NCBI RefSeq assembly: GCF_022045235.1
Contig: NW_027266284.1
Span: 3,472,001-3,536,000 of the forward strand
Direction of reading: 5' to 3'
DNA from: Haliotis cracherodii
Lineage: Eukaryota
Length of the DNA: 64,000 nt
In this document: positions 41,225 through 54,506 of the stretch, piece by piece
Layout: every line of letters starts with the position of its first letter
Numbering within the stretch: position 1 is the stretch's first letter
Notes under the pieces: model-generated
Seen by the model: only the letters and a program-made list of their open reading frames with translations
Databases searched by the model: none
What the model was told of the DNA's origin: nothing
Program-made: the position numbers and the translations under genes

Positions 41225-42610
41225 GTGAGTGAGTAGAAAGACACACTGTGGACAGAATAAAACCCACCTACAGAAAGTGGGTGAATAGGACAAAATCCAC
41301 CTCCAGAGACTGGGTGAATAAGATTAAACAGATCTCCAGAGAGTGAGCGAATAGGATAAAACCAACTTTCAGAGAGTGAGTGAATGGGATAAAAACCACT
41401 TCCAGAGGGTGAGTGGATAAGATAAAATCACATCTAGTGAGTGAGTTAATGGGATAAAATCCACTTCCAGTGAGTGAATGAGTGGAATAAAACCAACCTC
41501 CAGAGAGTGGGTGAATGGGATAAAACCACCTCCAGAGGGGGTGTGAGTAGAATAATGAAACCTCCAGAGGTTGAGTGAGTGGGTGGAATAAAACATACCT
41601 CCAGAGAGTGAGCGAATAGGATAAAATCACGTCCAGAGGTTGAGTGAGTAGAATAATGAAACCTCCAGAGGTTGTGTGAGTAGAATAATGAAACCTCAAG
41701 AGGGTGTGTGAGTAGAATAATGAAACCTCCAGAGGTTGAGTGAGTGGGTGGAATAAAACATACCTCCAGAGAGTGAGCGAATAGGATAAAATCACGTCCA
41801 GAGGTTGAGTGAGTAGAATAATGAAACCTCCAGAGGTTGAGTGAGTAGAATAATGAAACCTCCAGAGGGTGTGTGAGTAGAATAATGAAACCTCCAGAGG
41901 GTGTGTGAGTAGAATAATGAAACCTCCAGAGGGTGAGTGAGTAGAATAATGAAACCTCCAGAGGTTGAGTGAGTAGAATAATGAAACCTCCAGAGGGTGT
42001 GTGAGTAGAATAATGAAACCTCCAGAGGTTGAGTGAGTGAGTGGGATAAAACATACCTCCAGAGAGTGGGTGAATGGGATAAAACCACCTCCAGAGGGTG
42101 TGTGAGTAGAATAATGAAACCTCCAGAGGGTGTGTGAGTAGAATAATGAAACCTCCAATGGGTGAGTGAGTAGAATAATGAAACCTCCAGAGGTTGAGTG
42201 AGTGAGTGGGATAAAACATACCTCCAGAGAGTGGGTGAATGGGATAAAACCACCTCCAGAGGGGGTGTGAGTAGAATAATGAAACCTCCAGAGGGTGAGT
42301 GAGTAGAATAATGAAACCTCCAGAGGGTGTGTGAGTAGAATAATGAAACCTCAAGAGGGTGTGTGAGTAGAATAATGAAACCTCCAGAGGTTGAGTGAGT
42401 GGGTGGAATAAAACATACCTCCAGAGAGTGAGCGAATAGGATAAAATCACGTCCAGAGGGTGATTGAGTGGGACAAACCCCAGTTCCAGAGAGTGAGTGG
42501 GATAAAAGCCACCTTCAAAAACTTGGTGAGTAGGATAAAACACCCCAAGCGATTGTGAATGCTATAAAAGCCAACCTTCTAGGTGTGAATAAGATAAAAC
42601 ATCACCTCAA
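41225..42610. repeat. About 33-bp minisatellite with variant units
   Basis: GAGTAGAATAATGAAACCTCCAGAGGGTGTGT and variants; source of the minus-strand ORFs at 41268-42543. Confidence 0.95.
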
Positions 42611-42754
42611 GCGGAATGGTGTCAATTCGATTCCCGTGGAAGCATTTGGCACGTGACAACCAGAAGCAGGGTTATCACATTCACATGGTGACAGCGGCGT
42701 AAAGCAACTTCACTCACACAAAGTTGCTCACTTGGGGTAACCAAACAAAATTCT

Positions 42755-43515
42755 AACGTCGCTGTGTGGCGAGAGGTTGTCGCGTACTCCCTAGAGGTAC
42801 CCAAACAACATTCACTCACTCACTCACTCACACGAACGTCGCTGTGTGGCGAGAGGTTGTCGCGTACTCCTTAGAGGTAACCAAATAACATTCACTCACT
42901 CACTCGCACGAACGTCGCTGTGTGGTGAGAGGTTGTCGCGTACCCGCTAGTGGTAACCAAACAACATTCACTCACTCACTCACTCGCACGAACGTCGCTG
43001 TGTGGCGAGAGGTTGTCGCGTACTCCCTAGAGGTAACCAAACAACATTCACTCACTCACTTACTCACTAACACGAACGTCGCTATGTGGCGAGAGGTTAT
43101 CGAGTACTCCCTAGAAGTAACCAAACAATATTCACTCACTCACACGAAGATGTTCCCTAGGGGTAACCAAACAGCATTCATTCACTCACTCACTCACTAA
43201 CACGAACGTCGCTATGTGGCGAGAGGTTATCGAGTACTCCCTAGAAGTAACCAAACAACATTCACTCACTCACACGAAGATGTTCCCTAGGGGTAACCAA
43301 ACAGCATTCGAATGTCGCTGTGTGGTGAGAGGTTATCGCGTACTCCCTAGAGGGAACCAAACAACTTTCACTCACTCACTCACACGAACGTCGCTGTGTG
43401 GCGAGAGGTAATTGCGTACTCCCTAGAGGTAACCAAACAACATTCACTCACTCACTCACACGAACGTCGCTGTGTGGCGAGAGGTAATCGCGTACTCCCT
43501 AGGGGTAACCAAACG
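42755..43515. repeat. About 75-80-bp tandem repeat with an embedded variable (CTCA)n
   Basis: AACGTCGCTGTGTGGCGAGAGGTTGTCGCGTACTCCCTAGAGGTAACCAAACAACATT(CACT)n, about 9-10 copies. Confidence 0.93.
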
Positions 43516-43822
43516 ACATAAAGACGATTACATTCAGTGACCTTGACAATACCAGTGTGACAGATACTCATGGTTGACTTACCAGGCATTTAACGACAGC
43601 TTTGAGAGACGTGTTCGATGTCGTTAAATCCAAACCTTAAGGAGCCATAACACTGAACCCTGAACAAGTTCACATCGGTAACTCCTCATTAAATGGCCGA
43701 GTACAAGACTAGGTGGACAGAACCCTCATTGCCTCCCCAGCTTTAATGCTAAAAACACAAGTGGGGTTTCGGGTAAGAATATTGGTGTGTGCGGGTCATT
43801 TACTTGTCCAACGTCACCTATG

Positions 43823-44500
43823 CCTGGTATGGCCAGTGCATGTGATATCATTCCTGTCCTGGTATGGCCAGTGCATGTGATATCATTCCTGTCCTGGTAT
43901 GGCCCGTGTATGTGATATCATTCCTGTCCTGGTATGGCCCGTGTATGTGATATCATTCCTGTCCTGGTATGGCCAGAGCATGTGATATCATTCCTGTTCT
44001 GGTATGGCCAGTGCATACGATATCATTCCTCTCCTGGTTTGGCAAGGGTATGTGATATCATTCCTGTCCTGGTATGACCAGTGCATGTGATATCATTCCT
44101 GTCCTGGTATGGCTAGTGTATCGGATATCATTCCTGTCCTGGTATGGCCCGTGTATGTGACATCATTCCTGTCCTGGTTTGGCCAGGGTAAGTGATATCA
44201 TTCCTGTCCTTGTATGGCCCGTGTATGTGATATCATTCCTGTCCTGGTATGGCCAGTGCATGTGATATCATTCCTGTCCTGGTTTGGCCAGGGTATGTGA
44301 TATCATTCCTGTCCTGGTATGACCAGTGCATGTGATATCATTCCTGTCCTGGTTTGGCCAGGGTATGTGATATCATTCCTGTTCTAGTATGGCCACTGTA
44401 TGTGATATCGTTCCTGTCCTGGTTTGGCCAGGGTATGTGATATCATTCCTGTCCTGGTATGGCCACTGTATGTGATATCATTCCTGTCCTGGTATGGCCC
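43823..44500. repeat. 35-bp minisatellite, about 19 copies
   Basis: CCTGGTATGGCCAGTGCATGTGATATCATTCCTGT. Confidence 0.97.
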
Positions 44501-44516
44501 ACCTAGCTCTTGCCTA

Positions 44517-44686
44517 GAGGTGAAACACACAGTTTGTAAGGGATAACACAGTGCATAGATGTGACCACCTCATCCCTTGAGGTGAAACACACAGTTTGTT
44601 AGGCATACAGTGTTTAGATGTGACCACTTCATCCCAAGTGGTGAAAAACACAGTTTGTGAGGGATACAGTGTATAGATGTGATCCC
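44517..44686. repeat. About 61-bp tandem repeat, 3 diverged copies
   Basis: GGTGAAACACACAGTTTGT...AGATGTGACCAC..CATCCC. Confidence 0.85.
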
Positions 44687-47146
44687 AGTCTTTCCTTAGT
44701 GCATCGCCCTCAAGGGCCATTACTGGTCTGCTACGCAAGTCAGACTTTTGTATGAGAACAATCAGTGTTTTGATGAGCACATTGGGACGTGAATGTCATC
44801 ACCAGTGTACTAACAGTTGACAATAGCCAGGGATGAAACTACCTTGATTGCATCTCGCAATGACTGTCACCGATAAACCTAGGTACACAACTGGGTGTCT
44901 CCATATTGCTTTCTCAGCGAGTCCTTTGTAGATGGACCTCATTCTGTGACCGCCTCATCCTGTACCTTGACTACAAACACCGCGGGTTTAAAACAAGAAC
45001 ACTTTCTCTCACTTCGGCTCGTTGTAACAAAACGGAGGCGCGAGTTGTCTCAGATCTGGAAATGACGACGGCGTGGAAGGAAAGCATCCATCAACTTTAG
45101 ATGGGGATGCTGACACAGCGCTTCCTGCCAGGTGCATTATATCTTCATTCCGTCTTAGGATAAATACCTGGACCCATTCGCTACCATATCTGCATAGCCC
45201 TCTTCGGTAACCCCCCTCAAGGTTTCCCTCGCTCATGAGTCGACTAGTGAGGATCAGGTGGTACAACCTGACTGAATGTCATTCACTCATTCCAATAAAA
45301 TGTGGATTCGGTGGTCACAATGGTGACAAGGTACGGCCACTGGTGAGGTGAAGGTCCAGCTTAAAAGTATCCAGCGTGGTGACTGGATGTACTGAAGCGG
45401 TTTACCTCATAAATACAGCTTGTGTGTCGTCGACAATTTCCCTGCTTATGTCAGTGTTACACAGTTTAACGCAATATTTAAGTCATGAGGCGCTGAAGAA
45501 CTTATGTTCCTTCAAATCCTGTAAACCATTGTATTTTTTCATCTGAATATTCTACAATTGTATCTAGCATTATTTACGTATGTCACCTTCGCAGCGTTCA
45601 GAATAATTTTCTTTCTGAAAGGCGCTTGCAGACAGGGTGTATTAACGTGCTGAAGTCTGAGGTCTATGATGTCTTGACTATAGACGTACCTATATGATGG
45701 AATGTGATAGAGGAGTTGCGTGTCGCCAGTACATTCTCTGGCTCCAACTCTGTTACAACTGCAGTATAGAAGGAGGTATTGAGGGCTGATACCCAAGACC
45801 TACTGCCGAGCTCGATTAAGATAGAATAGGAGATATCGTGAACCCTGAGTGTGGTAACGCTCACCTTAACAACCCCCCTTCCCCTTCCCTCCTCCCATGC
45901 CGTCTAGGACCCACACATCACTTCAACAGAACACCATGAGTGACACAGGACTCTCTAGGGCGCGCCTTACAGAGACATACTGTGTTTAATTACATGCTGC
46001 AGAACATACACAGTGCGTGCACTGTAGCTGTGCACTGACACGTAAGTCAACAGCTTAAACTGCATTGTTTTTGTTCCTGGAAAAAAGTTCGAGTTATTCG
46101 GGGTTCGAGACATGAAGGGAATCGTATGCTTAATGTAGATATTTGGGACTCCCAAATGAGTTCGAGACAACAGGGAATTCGACACATTCAAGTTTCACAC
46201 CACGAACGAAGTTCGACTGTATATGGAGCTTTTTCGTAATTTGGTGAAAATCCCGTTAGTCGCTGTGGACGTGGCCGAGTGAGTGTTATCGTGCCCCGAT
46301 TGCTAAGGGTGTTGCTCATGTGTTCAATCATAGGTTGTCCTTGCCCAAGTTCGGTCATTTACGGGACGATGTCATCGCTGAATTCAGCGAGAAACCACTA
46401 TGCTGTGTCACATGTGACAAGCAGCATTCACTGACTCCAAGTTATAGACATCTAAAACGTTATAAATTTATTGTCTAAAACTAGTTTGGGTTCCCAGAAT
46501 ACATGTACATTAGATGTATTTCATGACAAATAAAAAAAGAACAAACTTGAAAATTACTGAAACGAAAAACTCGTTCTTCCAATATTGAATAATCTCCTTA
46601 AAAGACACTTCAGCGTGATACAATCGATCCCCTCATGGCCCAAGCCAACGTGGGTTTAACTTCAGTTTTGTTCTCTTTGGCTGTGCTTGGGTCTAGATTG
46701 ACAATGTTATATAAGAAATCAATTTCCGTTCGAAGTTTCATTCAGTATCAAGCATTCCCTTCTCAAAGCGAGCGATTGAACATCTGGTGCCCCGAGGTCT
46801 TTTTGCAAGTTCACTTTTGACATAAGCCAATCCTTATCAAAGCTATGACCTAAAACTAATAAGACCAAAGTTGTTAAAATAGGTACTTCGCGATCTCAGG
46901 CTGACTCTATTTTTGAAAAAGATAGTGGCAAGGTTCACAACTTTTGTTCAAGTATTAGGCACATGGAAATCGAAGATACGCGTCATGGTGACGGAGATTT
47001 CAAATTTTTCTGATGGCGATGCTGACGCAGCTATGTGTTTGTATGGTGGTAAAGATGTTGGTTCCACGACTGAGGTGGTATCACTTGGCGTGTTCGAGTA
47101 GAATGTTGATTCATTTCATCTGCTCAGCACACACTCTTTTAATGCT

Positions 47147-47427
47147 GAACAGCATTGCCCCGGTGTCCCTTGGTTCTAGCAATGAGCAGTTCAACCCCAG
47201 ACAGGAACAGTGTTGCCCCGGTGTCCCTTGGTTCTAGCAATGAGCAGTTCAACCCCAGACAGGAACAGCATTGTCCCGGTGTCCCTTGGTTCTAGCAATG
47301 AGCAGTTCCACCCCAGACAGGAACAGCATTGCCCCTGTGTCCCTTGGTTCTAGCAATGAGCAGTTCAACCCCAGACAGGAACAGCATTGCCCCGGTGTCC
47401 CTTGGTTCTAGCAATGAGCAGGTCAAC
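47147..47427. repeat. 58-bp minisatellite, about 4.8 copies
   Basis: GAACAGCATTGCCCCGGTGTCCCTTGGTTCTAGCAATGAGCAGTTCAACCCCAGACAG. Confidence 0.95.
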
Positions 47428-49322
47428 TGGTACCAGTTTCTCAGTCATATTTGCTAAAATCTTATTTGTTAGAGATTGTACCGAAGCGTAAACTCAGGCC
47501 TCACGCCAAACTAAACCGAGAAGCAAAAGAAACCATACCATTAGTTGATTTTATCATATGTATGATTTTCATTTGAAAATATCCTAAGTTGTGGATGTTA
47601 TATAAAGATGAACTATAATAGCGTTTGGTCAGCTCTCAAATAATACTTCTACGTCTTGTTCTAAATATGATTTTGTTTAAAACTTTTAAAATTTCACAAA
47701 ATAATTCGGGGGTGGGGGTGAAACGCAGTCCGCCAAATCAAGCATCGAGACCCCACTACCTCAGACGGGGCATCATGAGTAGGAAGTGGAGCCAGCAGCT
47801 ATAGACCCATTTTCACACTGATAAGGGTTACTATGTTCTCAGATCGTATATCTGAGGTGAACTCTTTGGACCCAGTGGTCTGTCGAAGTTGCTTTCCTTA
47901 TCGGTGCACGGATCCGCTGGATTTGGGTACAGAGTTCCCCTGACTGAGGTCTGTCTTCCCCGCACATTAAACCGAAGCGACATACAACATTCACACTATG
48001 TAACATTGTCCTCCTCACACGGGCAGTGATGAGTCATCTTCGTACACCAGACGTCAGGGGAAAGATAACACAATATATTTCATAGCTGTGTAATAAATAA
48101 TTTATTACTTAATCATGGGAGAAACCAACACAGGGTGTCATGTAACTGTCACAACAAGCTTCAGTGAATGACTAGATATTCTACACTGGGACATCTTTGC
48201 CCCTTCTGATATTCAGACGATAATTATTTTCTTTACCCAGATTAAGGCGCCGGTCCCCCTGATGAAAGTAAAACATTCGACGAATATACACCGTAAGGGC
48301 ATATATGACATTTATCGTACCAACAAACTTTACTCAAATAACTCAAAATATACTCTAACAACATCTACACGGAAATACAGTGCGAAAACATTTATTTTAT
48401 TAGAAGTACACCAAAAACCTCAACACTTATTCCACGTTCATGATTAGGCGGCAAATGTATACTCACTCAAGTACATAATTAACCCTTGAAACACTGAATA
48501 CCAAGTCTCCATGTACAGTTGAATCACAGTACGTGCGAGACATATTTTACAGGCGCTTCAGGTTCTAATAAGTCGATCTCCACAAGCATGGCTTTTGTTA
48601 TTCCCGTGGTATTAAGGGGTTACATTGCATTAGAAGTTGGACCATAAGGTCTTTGAATCATGGTAAACAGATAATATATAGCATGAACTGAAATTCCGAA
48701 AATACTCAATTTTGCTTTCAGTACAAACAGAAACTGTGGTCAGCTTAATACCAGACAGTATGTTTGTTTGAGAATTATCTTCGTCTTCACTGCAAGGGAA
48801 TAGGCAGGGGAATACTCGTACAACTCAACACATAAAATAAATCATTAACTATCCATCTAAAAAATAAAATACTGAAAGTTAAACACAACTGAGATGTATT
48901 CTTCGTCAGGCAAGGGAGTTTACTGACTGTAAAAGTCCAGTTTCCACCCTTGTCAAACTTGGCTGGAATTTCTGGGCTTGATCGGCTGTTATGAGTTATG
49001 TCCCTTCTATGTCCCTCCTACTGACAAATCAGATTCCACCACACTGGCATATACTTCAAACAAAATTGCGGCGCCTGGTCAAGACGATCTGATCGAAAAT
49101 CAAAATACAAATTGTGATAAAACTTATATTGCGAAGTGCATCAAATCATGCGGACACCTTGATTAAAAACATGCAAGGATATTGAAAAATATCTGTTGAC
49201 ATCGAGAACTGGATGATGATTACGCAAATTTGACTGGACTATGCATAGACTCGTAAGTCCAGCCGCAACATAACTCCCTAATTCCAGCCTAGTTTTATAG
49301 TCAATTGCTGGGCAGGTTGCAC

Positions 49323-49355
<33 letters not shown>

Positions 49356-49456
49356 GTTTCCAACAAAGACTCAACATTCTGCATACACTTAAGAGATCCA
49401 AGTGTCAGTTTTCTATTTGTAACATGGCACGTTTCCTCCACATCTTCAATTTGTGA

Positions 49457-49558
49457 TCATGTGGCAGTGCACGCTGGGAAGAGACTAGGAAACCAGAAGT
49501 GGCGCTCGCCCCCAGGGAAATCATCCACCCAGGCCAACCCCTCCTTCACCATGAAGTC
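49457..49558 (-). CDS. SNF8: SNF8 (ESCRT-II subunit VPS22/EAP30) exon 8
   Basis: tgacAG|GAC; DFMVKEGLAWVDDFPGGERHFWFPSLFPACTAT*, matching the SNF8 C-terminal KEGLAWxD...YWxPxLF motif. Confidence 0.95.
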   Translation of the reverse strand, partial: DFMVKEGLAWVDDFPGGERHFWFPSLFPACTAT

Positions 49559-49957
49559 CTGTCACAGAAAAAAGGAGGGGCACTGTTTAGTCAATTAGGA
49601 GATTAAAAGTTGATCACTTTTCAGAAATGCAGATGTAATTGAGTACTCAGGGCCTGGACTTCTGGACAGAGTTTCAAATGCAAAACTATTTGATTTTTGC
49701 AAATCTGAAAACCCATAATATTTGTTGTCCTTGAACATACAGAAAGGTACCAGTAACCTTCCATATCACTCTTTTTCTACATGTACTAAAACAGTTGGAA
49801 TGCTATGACATCACTGTATTAGCATTGCTTATGTTTCATGACAATTGCATCAACAAAATGGGGGTCTTTGATAAATAGGATTAAACTAAAATATTACAAT
49901 GATTATGATGAGTATATTATAAAGCCTTGCAAAATGTCATTTATGAACATGTCTACA

Positions 49958-50455
49958 GTAATAGGGTTATGTGGTACAACAGTCACACTGGTTTACAGTA
50001 CCAGGAATCTGCAGGGCCACAGTCACACAGGTTCACAGTAATAGGGTTCTTTGGTGCCACAGTCACACAGGTTCACAATAATAGGGTTCTTTGGGGCCAC
50101 AGTCACACAGGTTCACAATAATAGGGTTCTTTGGGGCCACAGTCACACAGGTTCACAGTAATAGCAGTCTTTGGGGCCACAGTTACACAGGTTCACAGTA
50201 ATAGGAGTTTGTTGGGCCACAGTCACACAGGTTCACAGTAATAGCAGTCTTTGGGGCCACAGTCAAAGGATTCTTTGGGGCCACAGTCACACAGGTTCAC
50301 AGTAATAGGGTTCTTTGGGGCCACAGTCACACAGGTTCACAGTAATAGGGTTCTTTGGGGCCACAGTGACACAGGTTCACAGTAATAGGGTTCTTTGGGG
50401 CCACAGTGACACGGGTTCACAGTAATAGGGTTCTTTGGGCCACAGTCACACAGTA
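49958..50455. repeat. 40-bp minisatellite in SNF8 intron 7
   Basis: CACAGTCACACAGGTTCACAGTAATAGGGTTCTTTGGGGC, about 12 copies. Confidence 0.95.
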
Positions 50456-50530
50456 ACATTAGACTGTGGGATCAAAATTAAAGGTTTCCGGCCACTCCCG
50501 TTAATCACCCCCTGCTACCCACATACATAC

Positions 50531-50605
50531 CAGCGCCCGCCGAGCTCGTTCCTCCTCCCACTTCAACTCCTTCTCCAGCTGACTCTTGGTCACGTAGCCT
50601 CTTGT
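50531..50605 (-). CDS. SNF8: SNF8 exon 7
   Basis: ttgcAG|ACA...CTG|GTATGT; TRGYVTKSQLEKELKWEEERARRAL; 75 nt, phase 0/0. Confidence 0.95.
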
Positions 50606-51385
50606 CTGCAACATCACAGTGACACAGGTGACAGTCATATAGCTGGGTTAATAGAGATACACAAAACGGACAATTCGATATCATGAATAAAGTATTTGCG
50701 CTGCCACCATAGATCACATCCTTGTCAACATCCTAGAAAAGAAGCCAATGACATACTGACTGTAGATTCCTTAAAGGGCAAGTTCACACGAAAACAAACC
50801 TATTTTTCTTGTACTTTTTCATCATGAAAAGTATTTACCTAGTAGTTTCAGAGGCCAAACAATAAAAATATCACAAGTATCTAATTTATTTTATTCACAA
50901 AATCGGTTCATATTTTTCACATTTCCCGAGAGTTCTATTTCCATAATAAACACACCATGGCTTATGCCCCTTGCAATATGACGTCATTGGTGCCAATTGA
51001 TAAAGGAATGATGTCATAAGACTTTATTAGACTCGTTTCACGTGGTGTATGTAGAGGTGTGTGGTTCTATCTTCTCAGATTTGCAGCCTATTGTTTTGTA
51101 CGGTGTTCAAGATACAACAGGTGATGTGGGTCCTCTCTTGTTTCCACTTGATTTTCATTGTTTCCATACCGAGAAGCTTGCTCGTTTTGGTTCAAAAGCG
51201 TATGGTTTTGCAATTTCTTGAAGGTGTCAAGGGAACTTCTTCGGACCAGGCAATGTATCGGATGCCATGTTGTCTCACCATAAACTGGTACTTGATATCT
51301 TTTGCGTTATGACAAGACAGGGACCCAGTTAAAATGGCACCAATTACGTCATAATCTAAGGGGGATAACTCAGGCCTGTCTCAAT

Positions 51386-52025
51386 GGAGACCTTTGTCTT
51401 CAACAGGAGGAGCTGACATAGTCGGTTTGTCACATTCTACCACCATCAACCAAGAAGTCAGGGGTGTTGTGACATCAATGGAGACCTTTGTCTTCAAAAG
51501 GAGGAGCCGACATAGTCGATTTGTCGACATTCTACCACCACCAACCAAGAAGTCAGGGGTGTTGTGACATCAGTGGAGACCTTAGTCTTCAAAAGGAGGA
51601 GCTGACATAGTCGGTTTGTCACATTCTACCACCACCAACCAAGAAGTCAGGGGTGTTGTGACATCAGTGGAGACCTTAGTCTTCAACAGGAGGAGCCGAC
51701 ATAGCTTGTTTGTCACATTCTACCACCACCAACCAAGAAGTCAGGGGTGTTGTGACATCAGTGGAGACCTTAGTCTTCAAAAGGAGGAGCCGACATAGTC
51801 GGTTTGTCAACATTCTACCACCACCAACCAAGAAGTCAGGGGTGTTGTGACATCAGTGGAGACCTATGTTTTCAACAGGAGGAGCCGACATAGCTTGTTT
51901 GTCACATTCTACCACCATCAACCAAGAAGTCAGGGGTGTTGTGACATCAAAGGAGACCTATGTCTTCAACAGGAGGAGCTGACATAGCTTGTTTGTCACA
52001 TTCTACCACCACCAACCAAGAAGGC
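51386..52025. repeat. 94-bp minisatellite in SNF8 intron 6, about 6.8 copies
   Basis: GGAGACCTTTGTCTTCAACAGGAGGAGC...AAGAAGTCAGGGGTGTTGTGACATCA at 51386, 51480 and onward. Confidence 0.95.
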
Positions 52026-52345
52026 AGTGAGGACCTATGTCATGAAATCCTGTCTTGAATATATTGCTTCACAAGTTGACACTAAGCAACACATAAGTCA
52101 AATTAGTATTTGAAGTTGCCTACCAGTTGGACTTGAGAAAGAAGCATATTTTCTTTAGTTATGATGAGGTCATCAATTAAATCATGGTTTAAAGTTGAAT
52201 AAAAAGAAAAAAGTTTAAATTACAATGTTTTTTAAAAATCATGGTCTAAGTGTAGAATTGATACCCCTGGACAATCAATCAGAATGCAGGATTCTTAAAG
52301 GTCATGTAATAGCAACAATAACTACTTAACAATCAATATATGTAC

Positions 52346-52487
52346 CTGGGCTTGTGTGAGGAGAGTGGTGTGATCCATGGTTAGCTCCCCTGGCACAGAC
52401 TGAATCATGAACGTTGTGCCCATCGGAATTACAGTGAAACCATTGCCCAAGATCTTCAGTTTCTTGATGGCTCTCAGGAGGTCATCT
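52346..52487 (-). CDS. SNF8: SNF8 exon 6
   Basis: ttgtAG|A GAT...CAG|GTACAT; DDLLRAIKKLKILGNGFTVIPMGTTFMIQSVPGELTMDHTTLLTQAQ; 142 nt. Confidence 0.97.
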
Positions 52488-52499
52488 CTACAACATACC

Positions 52500-52570
52500 A
52501 TGGATGTCAGTCAGACCTGGATGTCAGACCCTGGATGTCAGACACTGGATGTCAGACACTGGATGTCAGG
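52500..52570. repeat. Short (14-17 bp) TGGATGTCAG repeat next to the SNF8 exon 6 acceptor
   Basis: TGGATGTCAG occurs 5 times. Confidence 0.85.
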
Positions 52571-52837
52571 CTCTGACAGGCTCTCAATGTATTTACAGCA
52601 GAAAAACATCACAAATATTACCTAAATAGATTATTATTATTATCATTATCATGATAATAAAAAAAACCTAAAAACATACCCCAAAACACTGAAACCTCTT
52701 GAAATTTGCTCTCAACTGCAGTGTGATAGTTTTCAATAGTAATGTGACCTGTGACTACTGTAACATTAAGAGACTTGGTTGGCTGCTCACCCTGAATTGA
52801 CATGCGACTATTATCAAAGAGAACTGAAAGTGAATTG

Positions 52838-53292
52838 TAGGGCTGCAACGAATAAACTATGAGGCGAATACGATACGTATCACTAATATAGGGTAACGAA
52901 TATGAATATTTATTCATGAATACAGCAACAGGACATCATGTTGAGTAATTATGTATTATATTCACTGAAACAATAACAAAATAAATTATCTGACATGGTT
53001 TGACTTTGTTATCATATTATACATTTATATACTGCACTTATCCAGGTACTAGTATCTGCTAAAATGCAACAATTACCAGTGACCTAATTACTGTCAAATT
53101 AAATATTTAACAGTCGTGTCTTTGAAGAAATCTATGTATGCATAGAATTAGTTCTTATGGGTATTTTAAGTAAAAACCACTTTTTTATGTTTTTTTGTAA
53201 TATTTGATTTTTGTGACCAGGAATAATGAATTCAATTCATGAAGTAATAGGGTTCAATTCATCGAATACATGAGTGAATCATAACAGCCCTA
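52838..53292. mobile_element. hAT-superfamily MITE (455 bp) with a perfect 8-bp TSD
   Basis: Termini TAGGGCTG...CAGCCCTA flanked by the direct repeat GTGAATTG (52830-52837 and 53293-53300). Confidence 0.9.
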
Positions 53293-53785
53293 GTGAATTG
53301 ATCTGTTTAGGTGATTACCTAACTGTTTAGCTGATTATCTATCATTTGAAATTGACCACAGAACAATAGATTTAAATCCATGAAATACTTCACAAGTTTC
53401 TTAAGCTACAATAAAACATGCATGAAATACTTATACCCCTGCCATTATAACATGTCCGGTTTTGTGCAAGGCAAGAAATATTGTACGGTTTTTAAGATCT
53501 GCTCCGGAAACAAACACTACATATGTTCTGTGACTATGTGTTTAACATATCCACAAACACATATATCCATAACACCAAGCCAAAGTTCCCCTTCCTGTGA
53601 TACTGATGGAAGTGATAATAGTTGCCCCACACCATGCTCACTCCTCACTCCTCACTCCTGTGTGTGTGTGTGTGAGTGTGTGAGTGTGCGTGTGCGTGTG
53701 TTCATGTGTGTTCGTGCGTATGCCTGTTTGTGGTTGTGCGGATTTGTGTGAACTTACTCTGTGAACTCTGTGTGTGTGAACTTAC

Positions 53786-53858
53786 ATACTAATGTCTTGT
53801 GTGTGTCGTCCTCGTGATGCTTCCACCCTCTCACGCAGTTCCTCGATGCTCACCAGGC
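53786..53858 (-). CDS. SNF8: SNF8 exon 5
   Basis: tttccAG|GC CTG...AGT AT|GTAAG; GLVSIEELRERVEASRGRHTQDIS; 73 nt, phase 1/2. Confidence 0.93.
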
Positions 53859-54401
53859 CTGGAAAATATGGTACACAACAGAGATCACTTTGGCGCCTCT
53901 CTCTCACATTGATAAGCAAACGTTACACCTCATTACATCTACATCATCAAATTTCAAATAGCAGTGTTTGAAGTCTTGAATCAAAGTTACTTGGACAACA
54001 AATTAGCCAAAGCCTTGCCCCCTTTAATTATTTCAATTGGTTATGACTTTGGCAGCCATGGACACACTCATCAAATTATGACATAAAATCTTTCTCATTA
54101 TCATGATTATTGTGTGGTCATCTACATCACCATCTTCATGCTGTCTAAACGATAATGTTTGGTTTGTCTGGTTAATAAATATTTCTTTATATTATTTATT
54201 AGTTTTAGGAACGTCAATTTGTTCTTATTCTATTGGGAGAGGTATCTTTCCTTGCCTACAACATATGCCATGGATGATCGCAAGTTTTCCATCTTTTGCT
54301 AAAAATTGAATTTGTAACTTTGAACATCAGACTGACAAGACATATTGGACAAGACATATGGATCACATTGCTCTCATATTCAGGTTGATAAATTGACTCA
54401 C

Positions 54402-54506
54402 CCCCATTTCTGTGACTTGTGGCCAAACAGACTTCAACAATCTGCACCCCCAGTTCATAATAGAAATCTCCGACGCCCAGCATCTCTGCCCAGAAACCCT
54501 TGCTGG
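54402..54506 (-). CDS. SNF8: SNF8 exon 4
   Basis: ttacAG|CC AGC AAG...GGG G|GTGAGT; [35 protein letters not shown]; 105 nt. Confidence 0.97.

Noticed and set aside
41268-42543. Overlapping minus-strand ORFs of up to 365 aa
   Set aside because: Products of the 33-bp array, with the same peptides recurring in all frames.
43588-43629. 11-bp perfect hairpin as a pre-miRNA
   Set aside because: The stem is too short and I recognise no known miRNA sequence.
37090-45440. GC-richer patches at about 37090-37350 and 44880-45440 as exons of a further gene
   Set aside because: No consistent reading frame, splice chain or recognisable homology.
48860-48915. Second hammerhead-like motif on - (CTGACGA + AATACA/TGTGTT stem)
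   Set aside because: The GAAA core is missing; at best a heavily decayed remnant.
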